This document shows positions 46,081-56,417 of a stretch of DNA of 64,000 nt, in pieces. Source of the stretch: Chloroflexota bacterium (GTDB lineage: Bacteria > Chloroflexota > Dehalococcoidia > Lucifugimonadales > UBA3495); the NCBI GenBank assembly GCA_027623675.1, contig JAQBVF010000011.1:1-64000 (forward strand). The letters run 5' to 3'. Each line of letters starts with the position of its first letter. The first letter of the stretch is position 1. The position numbers were made by a program, and so were the translations under genes. The notes below the pieces were generated by a model that was not told where the DNA came from, made no database searches, and saw only the letters and a program-made list of their open reading frames with translations.

Positions 46081-46959
46081 TCAGCCCAGTCCCAACTGGT
46101 CCGCCACCCAGGAAAGTTGTATCTGGGCGTGCTCGTGGCCGCCGCCCTCCGGCCCGCCGTGGTACACGCGGAGATCGCAATGGGGGATCCTGGCGGCCAG
46201 TTCTTCCCCGAAGGCCAATGGGCATGAACCGGTATCGTTGATGCCCACGCTCAATAGCACCGGCGCGGTTATGCGGAAGGCCGTTTTGACGGGGTCGAGG
46301 TCGCTGGTGTTCTGCTCCACCGCGTCCCGGCGTGTTGGATTGAGGCGCAAGTAATCGTCCAGTTCCGCCAGCGGGTAGGCCAGGCCAGGCTCCAACGAGA
46401 CCGGGTTGCCCAGGGCCATGGGGGTGTTGGCGGCGACGGCATCCACCGAGAGCCGGTGGGCCGCGGCAGCCAGCGCCAGCGACCCGCCAAGACCGCTGCC
46501 GGTCACCGCGATCTTCCGGATGGGCGCTTGGGCTTGCTCGGACACGGCGTCCACACCGCGCAGCGCGTCGGCGAAGACCCGGCGCATCACATAGGTCTCT
46601 GGCCGGTCGATCCCATCGGTCAGCAGTCCGGGAAACTGGGCTTGGAATGAGGTGTCGGCGCGGCGTTGGCCCCTAAAGGTCGGGTTCAACACCACCGCCC
46701 GCTCCCGCAGGGGTGTGTAGACGATATCCTGCACGCTGCCATAGTCTGGCATCCGGACCACGGCCGGGAACGGGCCGTTGCCCTTGGGCGCCGACAACCA
46801 GGCGAATAGCCAGTAGCCGTCGGCCGACCTGTAGCGCATCCGGAAAACATCCCAGTCCGGCTGGGAGTAGAAAGCGTCCCGCTCCAGGTGCAGTTCCAGC
46901 GGGAATTCGGCCAATGCGGCTTCGGTCTGTTGCCAGAACCGGTCTGCGGAAGTCGTCAC
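46081..46959 (-). CDS. Acetylxylan esterase/cephalosporin-C deacetylase-like protein, paralog 2 (elbow GSGLGG)
   Basis: FW, PFPAVV, PGL.T.G, YP..EL..Y and GH; GTG start overlaps the upstream TGA. Confidence 0.78.
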   Translation of the reverse strand: MTTSADRFWQQTEAALAEFPLELHLERDAFYSQPDWDVFRMRYRSADGYWLFAWLSAPKGNGPFPAVVRMPDYGSVQDIVYTPLRERAVVLNPTFRGQRRADTSFQAQFPGLLTDGIDRPETYVMRRVFADALRGVDAVSEQAQAPIRKIAVTGSGLGGSLALAAAAHRLSVDAVAANTPMALGNPVSLEPGLAYPLAELDDYLRLNPTRRDAVEQNTSDLDPVKTAFRITAPVLLSVGINDTGSCPLAFGEELAARIPHCDLRVYHGGPEGGGHEHAQIQLSWVADQLGLG

Positions 46960-47912
46960 GATGCCGCCGCCTTGGGTCCGGCTTTCTCCGATAGCCCGAT
47001 CTGCCCCTCCAGCCAGTTCCGCTCCTGGGCCGGGTAATCGTGGGCGTTGCCGTGGCCTGAGTTGGGGAACAGCCAAAGCTCCTTGTGTCCGGTCAACGCC
47101 CGGTAGGCCGCGTAGCTGGTCTCCGGAGGGCAAACCTCGTCGTCCAAGGCGATGCCCACCACCATGGGACACTTGATCCGGGGGGCGAAGTTGACCGCGT
47201 CGAAGTAACGCAGCGTCTCCAGCATCCGCTCCTCTTCATCGGGGTAGGCCCTGGCGTAACAGGCAAGTTCATCGTAGGGGTAGGACCGGAACATGGACAT
47301 GGCCTCCGGGTAGCAGCACAAGAAGGGATAGCCGGCGACCCCGCCCTTGATCTCGGGACGCAGGGCGGCGGTTATCAGGGTCAGTCCGCCGCCCTGGCTG
47401 CTGCCGCAGGCGTAGATCCTGGCCGGGTCAATCTCGGGGCGGGAGTGGAGGAAGTCCACGGCCCGCACGCAGTCAGATATCACACCGCGATACCCGTAGG
47501 ACTCCCGGCTTTCCAGTCCGGCGGTCAGCAGGCCGGGATAACCGGGATTGAACCCAGTGCTGCTCTTCAGCTTGCCCCGCACCGCCACGGACAGCACGGC
47601 GACCCCCTTCTTGCCCCAGTCGCGGCGAACCGGCGGCTCGGATTTATAGCCAGGGAGATTGACGATGGCCGGGAATGGCCCTTCGCCCTTGGCCGGCAGG
47701 CTATACCAAGCCGAGATCTCAAGTCCGCCCAGGCTCAGGTAGGTTACGTTGAAGACATGGACGTCGTCGTTGCTCCTTAACGGATCGGCGGTGATCACCG
47801 GCAAGATCGATGTCCGGGCCAATTCCTCCAACGTCTCGCTCCAAAAATCGTCAAAGTCGTCCGGGCAGGTTACCTGGGTCGTGAAATCTTCCAGTTCTTG
47901 TTGCGTCGCCAT
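46956..47912 (-). CDS. Acetylxylan esterase/cephalosporin-C deacetylase (AXE1/CE7), paralog 1
   Basis: PDDFDDFW, G.SQGGG, YFDAVNFA.RI, D.VCPP.T and GH; ATG 47912. Confidence 0.88.
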   Translation of the reverse strand: MATQQELEDFTTQVTCPDDFDDFWSETLEELARTSILPVITADPLRSNDDVHVFNVTYLSLGGLEISAWYSLPAKGEGPFPAIVNLPGYKSEPPVRRDWGKKGVAVLSVAVRGKLKSSTGFNPGYPGLLTAGLESRESYGYRGVISDCVRAVDFLHSRPEIDPARIYACGSSQGGGLTLITAALRPEIKGGVAGYPFLCCYPEAMSMFRSYPYDELACYARAYPDEEERMLETLRYFDAVNFAPRIKCPMVVGIALDDEVCPPETSYAAYRALTGHKELWLFPNSGHGNAHDYPAQERNWLEGQIGLSEKAGPKAAAS

Positions 47913-48063
47913 GACATCTCCCACCATTTGGCTGCCAGCAAGTATAACGGGATTATATCGGCAGGCCGGGCCCTGATGCACGCTCAGATGACGGTCAACC
48001 CGATTCGTTAGACGGGCATCCAATAAGAAGTCGATAGTTGATACCGGGAGTTGGATACTGAAT

Positions 48064-48531
48064 ATGAAAGTAGGTCTGCGGCGGCAAGCCGTCCACGTCG
48101 ATGCGCCGCGTCCGGCGGTTTTTGAGTTGATCAGCTCCTTTGGCGGCGTTGATGACGCGGACTCGGCTGGAGATGGGGAAGGCAAGAAACTATTGGAGCG
48201 CGACGGCAACAGGCTGTTGATGGAGTTCCGCTCCAGAGACGGCCGGAAGGTCTACCGGACCGTGGAGGAAGTGATGCTCTACCCCGATGAGCGGATCACC
48301 TTCCGGCATCTGGAAGGCCCCCTGTACCACTCCCAAGAAAGGTTCGAGTTCGCGGAAGTGGACTCGGGCACCGCCGTGACCCACGACGGCCAGATCGAGT
48401 GCCGGATGCACCGGCTGCCCGGCATCGGATGGGCGGTGGCCCGCTTCTACGTGAAACGCCGCTACGAGCGCCTGGTGCTACGGCACCTGAACGACCTGAA
48501 GGCGCGGGCTGAGGGCGCCGCCGGCATCTGA
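48064..48531 (+). CDS. SRPBCC/START-like domain protein
   Basis: V.V.AP...VF, P.RI.F....GP, GT.V and L..LK.RAE pattern. Confidence 0.7.
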   Translation: MKVGLRRQAVHVDAPRPAVFELISSFGGVDDADSAGDGEGKKLLERDGNRLLMEFRSRDGRKVYRTVEEVMLYPDERITFRHLEGPLYHSQERFEFAEVDSGTAVTHDGQIECRMHRLPGIGWAVARFYVKRRYERLVLRHLNDLKARAEGAAGI

Positions 48532-48585
48532 ATTGGCGTTGGCGGCGATGAACGCGTTATCCTGACTGTCAGAGAAATCAGGACC

Positions 48586-49233
48586 GTGGGAGACGCGCCG
48601 CTGGAACTATTGCCTGAACCGTTGATCGTGGTGGTCCTTGCCATCGGCGCTTACGTGTTGGGGTCCGTCCCCACCGCCTACATCGTGGTGCGTCTGCTGA
48701 CCGGCGGCGACATCCGGGAGTTGGGCAGCCGCAACGTGGGGGCTTTGAACACCTACCGGCAGGTTGGGGCGCCGGTGGGCCTGGCCGTGTTGCTCATCGA
48801 CACCGCGAAAGGGATCCTGGCGGTCGCCGTGCCGCGTCTGACCGGCGTCGACGATTGGGCGTTATTCGTCACCACTCCCCTGGTGGTTGCGGGCCACAAC
48901 TGGCCGGTGTTTCTGAACTTCCGGGGCGGCAAGGGGGCGGCGGCCATCTTCGGCATATCACTGGTCATCGTACCCTGGCTCACCGTCGTCACCGCCGGAC
49001 CCAGCATCCTGGTGATGATCTTACTGCGCAATGTGGTGCTTGGCGCGGCCTTCGGATTCGCCATGCTAAACACGCTGCTCTGGATCACCGGGCAGGGCGC
49101 CGGTCAGGTTGGGCTCTGCCTGCTGCTCACTCTGCTGGTAACCGGGACCTATCTGGTCAGCGTCCGGTCTCACGTCGTGTCGTCGATCAAGACCAGACAA
49201 TGGCGGGCCCTTTTCTTTGAACTTGCCGGCTAA
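48586..49233 (+). CDS. plsY: Glycerol-3-phosphate acyltransferase PlsY
   Basis: YVLGS.P, DIR..GS.N.GA.N, D..KG and GHNWPVFL.F.GGKG. Confidence 0.88.
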   Translation: MGDAPLELLPEPLIVVVLAIGAYVLGSVPTAYIVVRLLTGGDIRELGSRNVGALNTYRQVGAPVGLAVLLIDTAKGILAVAVPRLTGVDDWALFVTTPLVVAGHNWPVFLNFRGGKGAAAIFGISLVIVPWLTVVTAGPSILVMILLRNVVLGAAFGFAMLNTLLWITGQGAGQVGLCLLLTLLVTGTYLVSVRSHVVSSIKTRQWRALFFELAG

Positions 49234-49400
49234 CCGGCCCGCCGGGACCAGGCGTTTCGCGGCGATATGGCCAGTCACGGTGAACTCGCCGGTCCCGCAC
49301 TGCAATCGGCCGGGTTGGGTGGGCTATAATGAAGCCTGTGCAACGCTTAACGCGCTGCCCCACCCCCGCGAATTTCCCCAGTAGATGAGATGTAGGTGCG

Positions 49401-51173
49401 ATGTTAGAACACGGATCCCTTGAGATTGACAGCGTGGACGAGGCCCAAGCCCACCGTCACGCCATGCGCCACTCGGCCGCTCACGTGATGGCCGACGCCG
49501 TCCTGAAACTGTTTCCCGAAGCCAAGATGGGCATCGGCCCGCCCACCCAAGACGGTTTCTACTACGACTTCGACGTCTCCCGCCCCTTCACGCCGGAGGA
49601 CCTGGAGGAGATCGAGAAGCTGATGAAAGAGACCATCAGCGGCGGCTTCCCATTCCAGCGGGAAGACCTGAGCCGGGCGGACGCCGAGGCCATGTTCGCC
49701 GATCAGCCCTACAAGATCGAGTTGATCGAGGGACTGCCCGACGACGCCGTGATCTCCATCTACAAACACGATAGATTCGTCGACCTGTGCCAGGGCCCCC
49801 ACGTGCATGGCACCTCCGACATCCCGGCCATGAAGTTGCTAAGCGTGGCGGGCGCCTACTGGCGGGGCGACGAGAAACGCCCCATGCTGCAACGCATCTA
49901 CGGCACCGCCTTCGAGTCGGAAGCCGGGCTGGCGGAGCACCTGGAACGGTTGGAAGAGGCCGAGCGCCGCGACCACCGGACCTTGGGCCGCCAACTAAAC
50001 CTGTTCAGCGTCCACGAAGAGATCGGCCCGGGCCTGATCGTCTGGCACCCAAAGGGAGGGCGGGTCAGGTCCATCGTGGAGGACTACTGGAAGGCCCTCC
50101 ACTACCGGCTGGGGTACGACGTGGTCTACTCGCCCCACATCGGCCGTGCCCAACTGTGGGAGACCAGCGGCCACCTGGACTTCTACAAAGAGAATATGTA
50201 CGCCGCCGTGGAAGTGGACGAGCAAGAATACTACCTGAAGCCAATGAACTGCCCCTTCCACATCGCCATCTACCGGTCGGCGCTGCACAGCTACCGGGAA
50301 TTGCCGCTGCGGTTCGCCGAACTGGGCACCGTCTACCGCTACGAACGCAGCGGCGTGCTGCACGGGCTGATGCGGGTGCGGGGTTTCACCCAGGACGACG
50401 CCCATATCTTCTGCACGCCGGACCAGGTGGAGGACGAGGTCGGCGGAGTCTTGGAGTTGACCTTCGAGCTATTGGGCGCCTTCGGGTTCTCCGACTATTC
50501 CATCGCCCTGTCCACCCGCCCAGAGAAGTACGTGGGCGACCTGGACATGTGGGAGCACGCCACCGCCTCGCTGCAGGGGGCGCTGGAGAAACGCGGTCTG
50601 CCCTTCACCGTTGATGACGGCGGCGGAGCGTTCTACGGACCCAAGATCGACATCAATATCACCGACGCCCTGGGCCGGGCCTGGCAGTGCACCACGGTGC
50701 AGTTCGACTTCAACCTGCCCCAGCGGTTCGAGTTGACCTACCAGGACGCGGAGGGCGGCCGCAGTCAACCGTACATGGTGCACCGGGCCATATTGGGCTC
50801 CATGGAGCGGTTCTTGGGTGTGCTGATAGAACACTACGGAGGGGCGTTCCCGGCTTGGCTCGCGCCGGTGCAGGCGGTCCTGATCCCCATCGCCGACCGG
50901 CACATAGAGTATTGCCAATCAGTATCGGCGGCCATGGAGACCGCCGGGTTCCGGACCGAGGTGGACACCCGCGGCGAGCGGATGAACCAGAAGATACGCA
51001 CCGCCAATGCCCAAAAGGTGCCCTACATGCTGGTGGTGGGCGACCGGGAGCAGGAAGCCGGCGCGGTAGCCGTGCGCCAACGCGGCGGCGAAGACCTGGG
51101 CGCCATGCCCCTGGCCGACTTCATGGCCCACCTGGCCGAAGAAGCGGCGGTCCCCAAGGGGTCGGCGCGGTAG
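49401..51173 (+). CDS. thrS: Threonine--tRNA ligase (short form without TGS domain)
   Basis: RHS.AH, DLC.GPH, RDHR, KPMNCP.H, GL.RVR.FTQDDAH and HRA.LGS.ERF. Confidence 0.97.
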   Translation: MLEHGSLEIDSVDEAQAHRHAMRHSAAHVMADAVLKLFPEAKMGIGPPTQDGFYYDFDVSRPFTPEDLEEIEKLMKETISGGFPFQREDLSRADAEAMFADQPYKIELIEGLPDDAVISIYKHDRFVDLCQGPHVHGTSDIPAMKLLSVAGAYWRGDEKRPMLQRIYGTAFESEAGLAEHLERLEEAERRDHRTLGRQLNLFSVHEEIGPGLIVWHPKGGRVRSIVEDYWKALHYRLGYDVVYSPHIGRAQLWETSGHLDFYKENMYAAVEVDEQEYYLKPMNCPFHIAIYRSALHSYRELPLRFAELGTVYRYERSGVLHGLMRVRGFTQDDAHIFCTPDQVEDEVGGVLELTFELLGAFGFSDYSIALSTRPEKYVGDLDMWEHATASLQGALEKRGLPFTVDDGGGAFYGPKIDINITDALGRAWQCTTVQFDFNLPQRFELTYQDAEGGRSQPYMVHRAILGSMERFLGVLIEHYGGAFPAWLAPVQAVLIPIADRHIEYCQSVSAAMETAGFRTEVDTRGERMNQKIRTANAQKVPYMLVVGDREQEAGAVAVRQRGGEDLGAMPLADFMAHLAEEAAVPKGSAR

Positions 51174-51265
51174 AATGTCGCCCGGTGGAATATTTCCTGC
51201 AGTTCTAACAAGAAATATTCTCCCGGGTTGGCGTGGCTAAGGCTGTCAGATGCCGCGGTTAATAG

Positions 51266-51556
51266 TCAGCGGCCCTTCTCGACCAGACGGCCATCAACAT
51301 ACTTGTGCAAAACACTGCCGATCAAGGTCTGGTAGGGAATGCCTTCTTCTAGAGCCCGGACCTGTAGCGCGTCCAGGTCCTTCTTTGAGATACGGATATT
51401 TACCCGCATGTCTTTCTTGAACGTGGCGCGGGCATACTCTCGGTAGCGATCGGCCTCTTTCGCTAAGTCCGCAACAGGCGTCCACTCATCCTGGTCGAAT
51501 GACTCCAGCAATTCCTTTTCTTCTTTGTCTAGCTTAACTTGATCGAGCTTGTCCAT
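51266..51556 (-). CDS. Antitoxin with ribbon-helix-helix-like C-terminus (BrnA/CopG-like)
   Basis: EEKELLES, RVNIRIS..DL....A..EG.PYQTLI.S.LH.Y; directly downstream of a BrnT-like gene. Confidence 0.82.
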   Translation of the reverse strand: MDKLDQVKLDKEEKELLESFDQDEWTPVADLAKEADRYREYARATFKKDMRVNIRISKKDLDALQVRALEEGIPYQTLIGSVLHKYVDGRLVEKGR

Positions 51557-51559
51557 GGT

Positions 51560-51835
51560 TTAACCTTGCCTCAGGTAGGTATTGGTCGCCTTACGGCTGG
51601 GAATCACCGTTTTCAGAAATATCCCGGTTTCGCTTTCGACAAACGGAACCAAGTACGCGTAGTCGTCGATCTCAATCACAAAGATCCGTTGACCTGGATA
51701 GCGGTCCTGATTGGGATGCTCGAGGATGTCCAGCACACCGCCGCGGTCAAACTGAGAGGTTACCTCCTCGAACGAAACTCCCCGTTCTCTTTTCAAAGTT
51801 TCGTTCTTATCGGCGTTCCAATCGAAATGCTTCAC
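51560..51835 (-). CDS. BrnT-family toxin
   Basis: FDWN..KN..LK.ERG.SFE, HPN...YP.Q and FLKT.IPSRK. Confidence 0.85.
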   Translation of the reverse strand: MKHFDWNADKNETLKRERGVSFEEVTSQFDRGGVLDILEHPNQDRYPGQRIFVIEIDDYAYLVPFVESETGIFLKTVIPSRKATNTYLRQG

Positions 51836-51864
51836 TGATTAAAATTTATCACGTTGTGTGCCTT

Positions 51865-51885
51865 TTGTATACAATTTGGTATACC
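51865..51885. promoter_or_regulatory. Twin palindromes upstream of the TA operon (putative operator)
   Basis: TTGTATACAA (51865-74) and GGTATACC (51878-85); GTATAC cores 12 bp apart. Confidence 0.5.
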
Positions 51886-52875
51886 CTACCCGCTGAACTG
51901 GGCGGTCCAGGACGGCTCGCCGCCGTCGATGACCCGCTGGATGTTGGCGAAGGCGTTGGCGGCGCGTTTGGGGATGGACTCCAGCGTTGGGCCGGCGGTG
52001 TGGGGCGTGATAATGACGTTGTCCAAGGCCAGCAGCGGGTGACCGGCCGGCGGCGGCTCCTTCTCCAAAACGTCCAACCCCGCCGCCGCGATGACGCCGG
52101 AGGTTAGCGCCTCTGCCAGATCGGCCTCGTCGATGATGCCGCCCCGGCTGGTGTTGATGATCACCGCGCTGGGTTTCATCATCCCAAGTTGCTCCTTGCT
52201 GATCATCCCCCGCGTCTCCCCCGTCAGCGGCACGTGGATGCTGAGCACATCGGAGGTCTTGAGCAACTCTTCAAAGCCCACCGACTTCACACCCAACTCC
52301 TGTTCCTCGCTGGCCGAGAGCTGGGCGAACCTGTCGTAGTACTGGACCTCGGCATCGAAAGCGCGGGACCGTTTGGCCACTTTCTTGGCGATATTGCCGA
52401 TGCCGATCAGGCCCAGGGTCTTGCCCTCGAACTCGAAAACGTCGGGCCGCCGTTCCTGGCTGGCGCGCCATCCCCCGGCCTTCACGTTGTTGGCATTGGT
52501 CACCAGTTTCTTGAGGGTGGCCAAGATCAGCATCATTGTATGCTCGGCCACCGCCACGCTGTTGGCGCCTCCATTGTTGGCCACCGGTATGCCCAGTTCC
52601 GCCGCCAAAGCCAGGTTCATCTTGTCGTAGCCGGCGCTGAGCAACTGCACCAGCTTGCATTTCTTGGCCGCGCGCAGGACGTCGTCGGACAGAACGGCCG
52701 GCCAGATGATCAGGTAATCGGCGTCCGACACCAGCTCCATCTGCTCGCCCTCGCTGGTTCCCAGTGGCTGGGAGATCACCTCCATGCCCGGCAGTTGCTG
52801 GCCGGCAACCACCTGCCTGAGTTCGGCATCCAGATCCGTGAAACAAACCACTTTCGCTGCAGCCATCTTGTTCAT
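51886..52875 (-). CDS. D-isomer-specific 2-hydroxyacid dehydrogenase
   Basis: SAGYD, N..AVAEH, G.IG.GNI, H.PL..ET, INTSRG, GLDV..EP and TPH.AG. Confidence 0.92.
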   Translation of the reverse strand: MNKMAAAKVVCFTDLDAELRQVVAGQQLPGMEVISQPLGTSEGEQMELVSDADYLIIWPAVLSDDVLRAAKKCKLVQLLSAGYDKMNLALAAELGIPVANNGGANSVAVAEHTMMLILATLKKLVTNANNVKAGGWRASQERRPDVFEFEGKTLGLIGIGNIAKKVAKRSRAFDAEVQYYDRFAQLSASEEQELGVKSVGFEELLKTSDVLSIHVPLTGETRGMISKEQLGMMKPSAVIINTSRGGIIDEADLAEALTSGVIAAAGLDVLEKEPPPAGHPLLALDNVIITPHTAGPTLESIPKRAANAFANIQRVIDGGEPSWTAQFSG

Positions 52876-52884
52876 CCCCTCTTT

Positions 52885-52942
52885 CCTACCAGATCGGGCC
52901 TACCAGATCGGGCCTACCAGATCGGGCCGGCCAGATCGGGCC
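52885..52942. repeat. 14-bp tandem repeat (CCTACCAGATCGGG)x3 plus 1 variant copy
   Basis: Three exact copies, then CCGGCCAGATCGGG; abuts the dehydrogenase RBS. Confidence 0.95.
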
Positions 52943-53069
52943 GTGTCGCTTGTACATGAAGTATAACCAGATTCCAGCCCTGGCATTCGACCACGATTTC
53001 GCCGACAATACTCCCCAACCCGTTTCACGGAATCTACGCCGCCGCCGGCGGTTCTCATATAGGTGCATC

Positions 53070-55109
53070 ATGCCCAACAGGTTGATACAAGAGACCAGCC
53101 CCTATCTGCTGCAGCACGCCAACAACCCCGTGGACTGGTATCCCTGGGGCGAAGAAGCGCTGGAACGGGCCAAGAACGAAGACAAGCCCATCCTGCTCAG
53201 CATCGGCTACTCCGCCTGCCATTGGTGCCACGTGATGGAGCGGGAGTCATTCGAGAACGAAGCCATCGCCCAGCTGATGAACGACCACTTCGTCAGCATC
53301 AAGGTCGACCGGGAGGAGCGTCCCGACCTGGACGCCGTCTACATGGAGGCGGTGCAGATGCTGACCGGCAGCGGCGGTTGGCCGATGACCGTATTCCTGA
53401 CCCCCGATGGCCGCCCATTCTACGGCGGCACCTATTTCCCGCCCGTCGACCGCCACAACATGCCCGGATTCCCCCGGCTGCTCCAGTCGGTGGCCCAGTC
53501 GTACCACAACAGCCGCGACGAGATCGACCGGGTGACGTCCCAACTCACCGCCCAGATGGGCCGCACCGGACAGATGCCCAAGGGAGACTCGCCGCTGACG
53601 GTGGAGACTCTGCATCAGGCCTACACCACCTTGGCGACCAACTTCGATTACCAGAACGGCGGCACCGGCACCGCCCCCAAATTCCCCCAGGCCATGAACC
53701 TGGAGGTGCTGCTCCGCTATCACCGCCACGGCTACAACGACCGAGCCCTGGAGATGGTGGACCTGACCCTGGAGAAGATGGCCCGGGGCGGCATCTACGA
53801 CCAGATCGCAGGGGGGTTCGCCCGCTACTCCACCGATGCCTACTGGCTGGTGCCCCACTTCGAGAAGATGCTCTACGATAACGCCCTTCTGGCCCGCCTC
53901 TACCTGCACGCCCACCAGGCCACCGGCCGGGGCATGTACCGGCGCATCACCGAGGAGACGCTGGACTACATTCTCAGAGAGATGACCGGCCCCGAAGGCG
54001 GTTTCTACTCGGCCACCGACGCTGACAGCGAGGGCGAAGAGGGCAAGTTCTTCGTCTGGTCGCCCGACGAGATCGAGGCAGCGCTCGGTAAGGACGAGGC
54101 CCTGATTTTCAGCGGGTTCTTCGGCGTCACCCACGCCGGCAATTTCGAGGGCAAGAACATCTTGAACATCCCCCGCAAGGCCACCGAATACGCCCGGCAG
54201 CACGGGGTGTCTCTGGACCGGCTGGTGGACGTGGTGCTTCGGGGCAAGCTGGCGCTCTGGGCCGAACGCGAGAAGCGGGTTCATCCACTATTGGACGACA
54301 AGGTCTTGGCGTCCTGGAACGGGATGATGCTCCGCAGTTTCGCGGAGGCGGGCGCGGCGCTGGGACGCCAGGACTACCTAGACGCCGCTGTCAAGAACGC
54401 CAACTTCCTTCTGGAGACCATGCGGCCCGGAAACACCCTGCTCCGCACCTACCGGGAGGGCCAGGCCAAGCTGCCGGGCTTCCTGGAAGACTACTCCTTC
54501 GTGGCCGACGGCCTGCTGGCACTGTACGAGGCGACTTTTGAACGGCGCTGGCTGGACGAATCGGTCCACCTGGCCGACCGGATGATCGATCTGTTCTGGG
54601 ACGACGAGGTGGGCGGCTTCTACGACACCAGCGCCGAACACGACCAACTGGTGGTCCGCCCGAGGGACGTTCTGGATAACGCCCAGCCCTGCGGCGGCTC
54701 GGTGGCCACCGACGTGCTGCTCAAGCTGGCAGTGATCACCGGCAACGAAGACTACCGCGCAAAGGCCGCCACGCCGCTCCGCACCCTGCGCGAGTTGATG
54801 GGCCGCGCCCCCGCCGGCACCGGGCATTGGCTGGCCGCGCTGGACTTCTATGTGTCCTCGCCCAAAGAGGTGGTGATCATCGGCCCCCGCGATGACCCAG
54901 CCACCGCCGCACTGCTGCGCACCGTCAACGGCGGCTTCCACCCCAATAAGGTCCTGGTGGGCGCCGAAAACCAGGGCGAGCACGGCCTGCCCCTGCTGGA
55001 AGCCCGCGGCATGATCGACGGGAAGCCCACCGCCTACGTCTGCCAGAACTACGCCTGCCAATTGCCGGTGACCACGCCGGAGGCGTTGGCGGCCCAGTTG
55101 GAGGGTTAG
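53070..55109 (+). CDS. Thioredoxin-domain protein YyaL/SPATA20 family (DUF255)
   Basis: [36 protein letters not shown] and [14 protein letters not shown] 53070. Confidence 0.92.
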   Translation: MPNRLIQETSPYLLQHANNPVDWYPWGEEALERAKNEDKPILLSIGYSACHWCHVMERESFENEAIAQLMNDHFVSIKVDREERPDLDAVYMEAVQMLTGSGGWPMTVFLTPDGRPFYGGTYFPPVDRHNMPGFPRLLQSVAQSYHNSRDEIDRVTSQLTAQMGRTGQMPKGDSPLTVETLHQAYTTLATNFDYQNGGTGTAPKFPQAMNLEVLLRYHRHGYNDRALEMVDLTLEKMARGGIYDQIAGGFARYSTDAYWLVPHFEKMLYDNALLARLYLHAHQATGRGMYRRITEETLDYILREMTGPEGGFYSATDADSEGEEGKFFVWSPDEIEAALGKDEALIFSGFFGVTHAGNFEGKNILNIPRKATEYARQHGVSLDRLVDVVLRGKLALWAEREKRVHPLLDDKVLASWNGMMLRSFAEAGAALGRQDYLDAAVKNANFLLETMRPGNTLLRTYREGQAKLPGFLEDYSFVADGLLALYEATFERRWLDESVHLADRMIDLFWDDEVGGFYDTSAEHDQLVVRPRDVLDNAQPCGGSVATDVLLKLAVITGNEDYRAKAATPLRTLRELMGRAPAGTGHWLAALDFYVSSPKEVVIIGPRDDPATAALLRTVNGGFHPNKVLVGAENQGEHGLPLLEARGMIDGKPTAYVCQNYACQLPVTTPEALAAQLEG

Positions 55110-55242
55110 GGACGAGAGAATTCAAGCGCAATGGCCCTTTTAGAATCCACTCGTGGCCTGATAGAATCGAGGCAATATTACAAGCCAACGCCGGGCGGAC
55201 CGGCATCTGGCATCCGGCAGGAGACAACACAGGAGACAAGAT

Positions 55243-56370
55243 TTGACCAGCACGAATAAGGACCCGATCTTGGTCGTGGTCCAGTTGACCGGCGGCAACG
55301 ACTACATGAACACGGTCATCCCCTATGAGAACCCGCTCTATTATGACAACCGGACGACCGTCGGAGTGGCCCAAGACGACGTTCTGCCCATCGGCCAGGG
55401 CCTGGCCCTGAACCCCGCCCTGAAGGCGGTGAAGGACCTCTACGACGAAGGCAAAGTGGCCGTGATCAACGGCATCGGCTACCCCGGCCCCAACCGGTCC
55501 CACTTCCGCTCCATGGACATCTGGCACACCTGCGAGCCGGCGAAGGTCGGCACCGAAGGCTGGCTGGGCCGGGCCATACGCGACCTTGACCCCAAAGCTG
55601 AGAACGTGCTCACCGGGGTCAACTTCGGCCGGGGTCTGCCCCGCGCCATGGCCCTCACCGGCGTTCCGGTGGCCTCGGTGGCGGTGTTGGAGACCTACGG
55701 CGTGTTGACCGGCATCTCCGGCGTGGACGAACGGGCGCAGGCGCTGGACCTGTTCGCCAGGATGTACTCGCCCATCATGGGCGCCGGCCCGGTGATGGAC
55801 TACCTGGGCTCCACCGGTCTGGACGCGCTGAAAGGCGCCGATATCCTTAAGACCGTCCCCGCCCGGTACCAGTCTGGCGTGGAGTATGCCAACTCGACCA
55901 TCGGCCGGAACCTTCAGGGCATCGCCAAGGTGCTGACCGCCAACCTGGGCACGCGGGTGTTCTACACCCAACAGCCCGGCTACGACACCCACGCCAACCA
56001 GGGGCCGGTGCACGGCGTACTCCTGGCCCACCTGTCCCAGGCGATCAGCGACTTCTACGACGACCTGAGGGAGCATGACGCTTCCGAGAACGTGCTGATC
56101 TACCTGTTCACCGAGTTCGGCCGGCGGGTCAAGGACAACGGCTCGGGCACCGACCACGGGGCCGGCGGAATGGCGATGGCCATCGGCGACCCGGTGAAGG
56201 GCGGCATCTACAGCGAGTTCCCTTCCATGCGCCCCGAAGACCTGGAAGAGGGCGACCTTAAGTACAATATCGACTTCCGCGGCGTCTACGGCGCCATGGC
56301 CGAGAAGTGGCTGGGACTGGACGCGCAAAGCATCGTGGGCGGGAACTTCGAGCAACTGGACTTCGTTTAA
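55243..56370 (+). CDS. DUF1501 domain protein, no signal peptide
   Basis: LVVVQL.GGND..NT.IP, L.P.L, RSHF.S..IW, GW.GR, YDTH..Q and EFGRR...N.SGTDHG. Confidence 0.88.
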   Translation: MTSTNKDPILVVVQLTGGNDYMNTVIPYENPLYYDNRTTVGVAQDDVLPIGQGLALNPALKAVKDLYDEGKVAVINGIGYPGPNRSHFRSMDIWHTCEPAKVGTEGWLGRAIRDLDPKAENVLTGVNFGRGLPRAMALTGVPVASVAVLETYGVLTGISGVDERAQALDLFARMYSPIMGAGPVMDYLGSTGLDALKGADILKTVPARYQSGVEYANSTIGRNLQGIAKVLTANLGTRVFYTQQPGYDTHANQGPVHGVLLAHLSQAISDFYDDLREHDASENVLIYLFTEFGRRVKDNGSGTDHGAGGMAMAIGDPVKGGIYSEFPSMRPEDLEEGDLKYNIDFRGVYGAMAEKWLGLDAQSIVGGNFEQLDFV

Positions 56371-56417
56371 TCTGTCCCGGCCTACTGGCCGGGCAATATC
56401 ACAGGAGACCTAGAACA

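Noticed and set aside
49234..49400. T-box leader for thrS
   Set aside because: No T-box consensus; TATAAT at 49325 leaves too short a leader.
52885..52942. Tandem repeats (here and 5544-5585) as CRISPR arrays
   Set aside because: No spacers, units too short, no cas genes.
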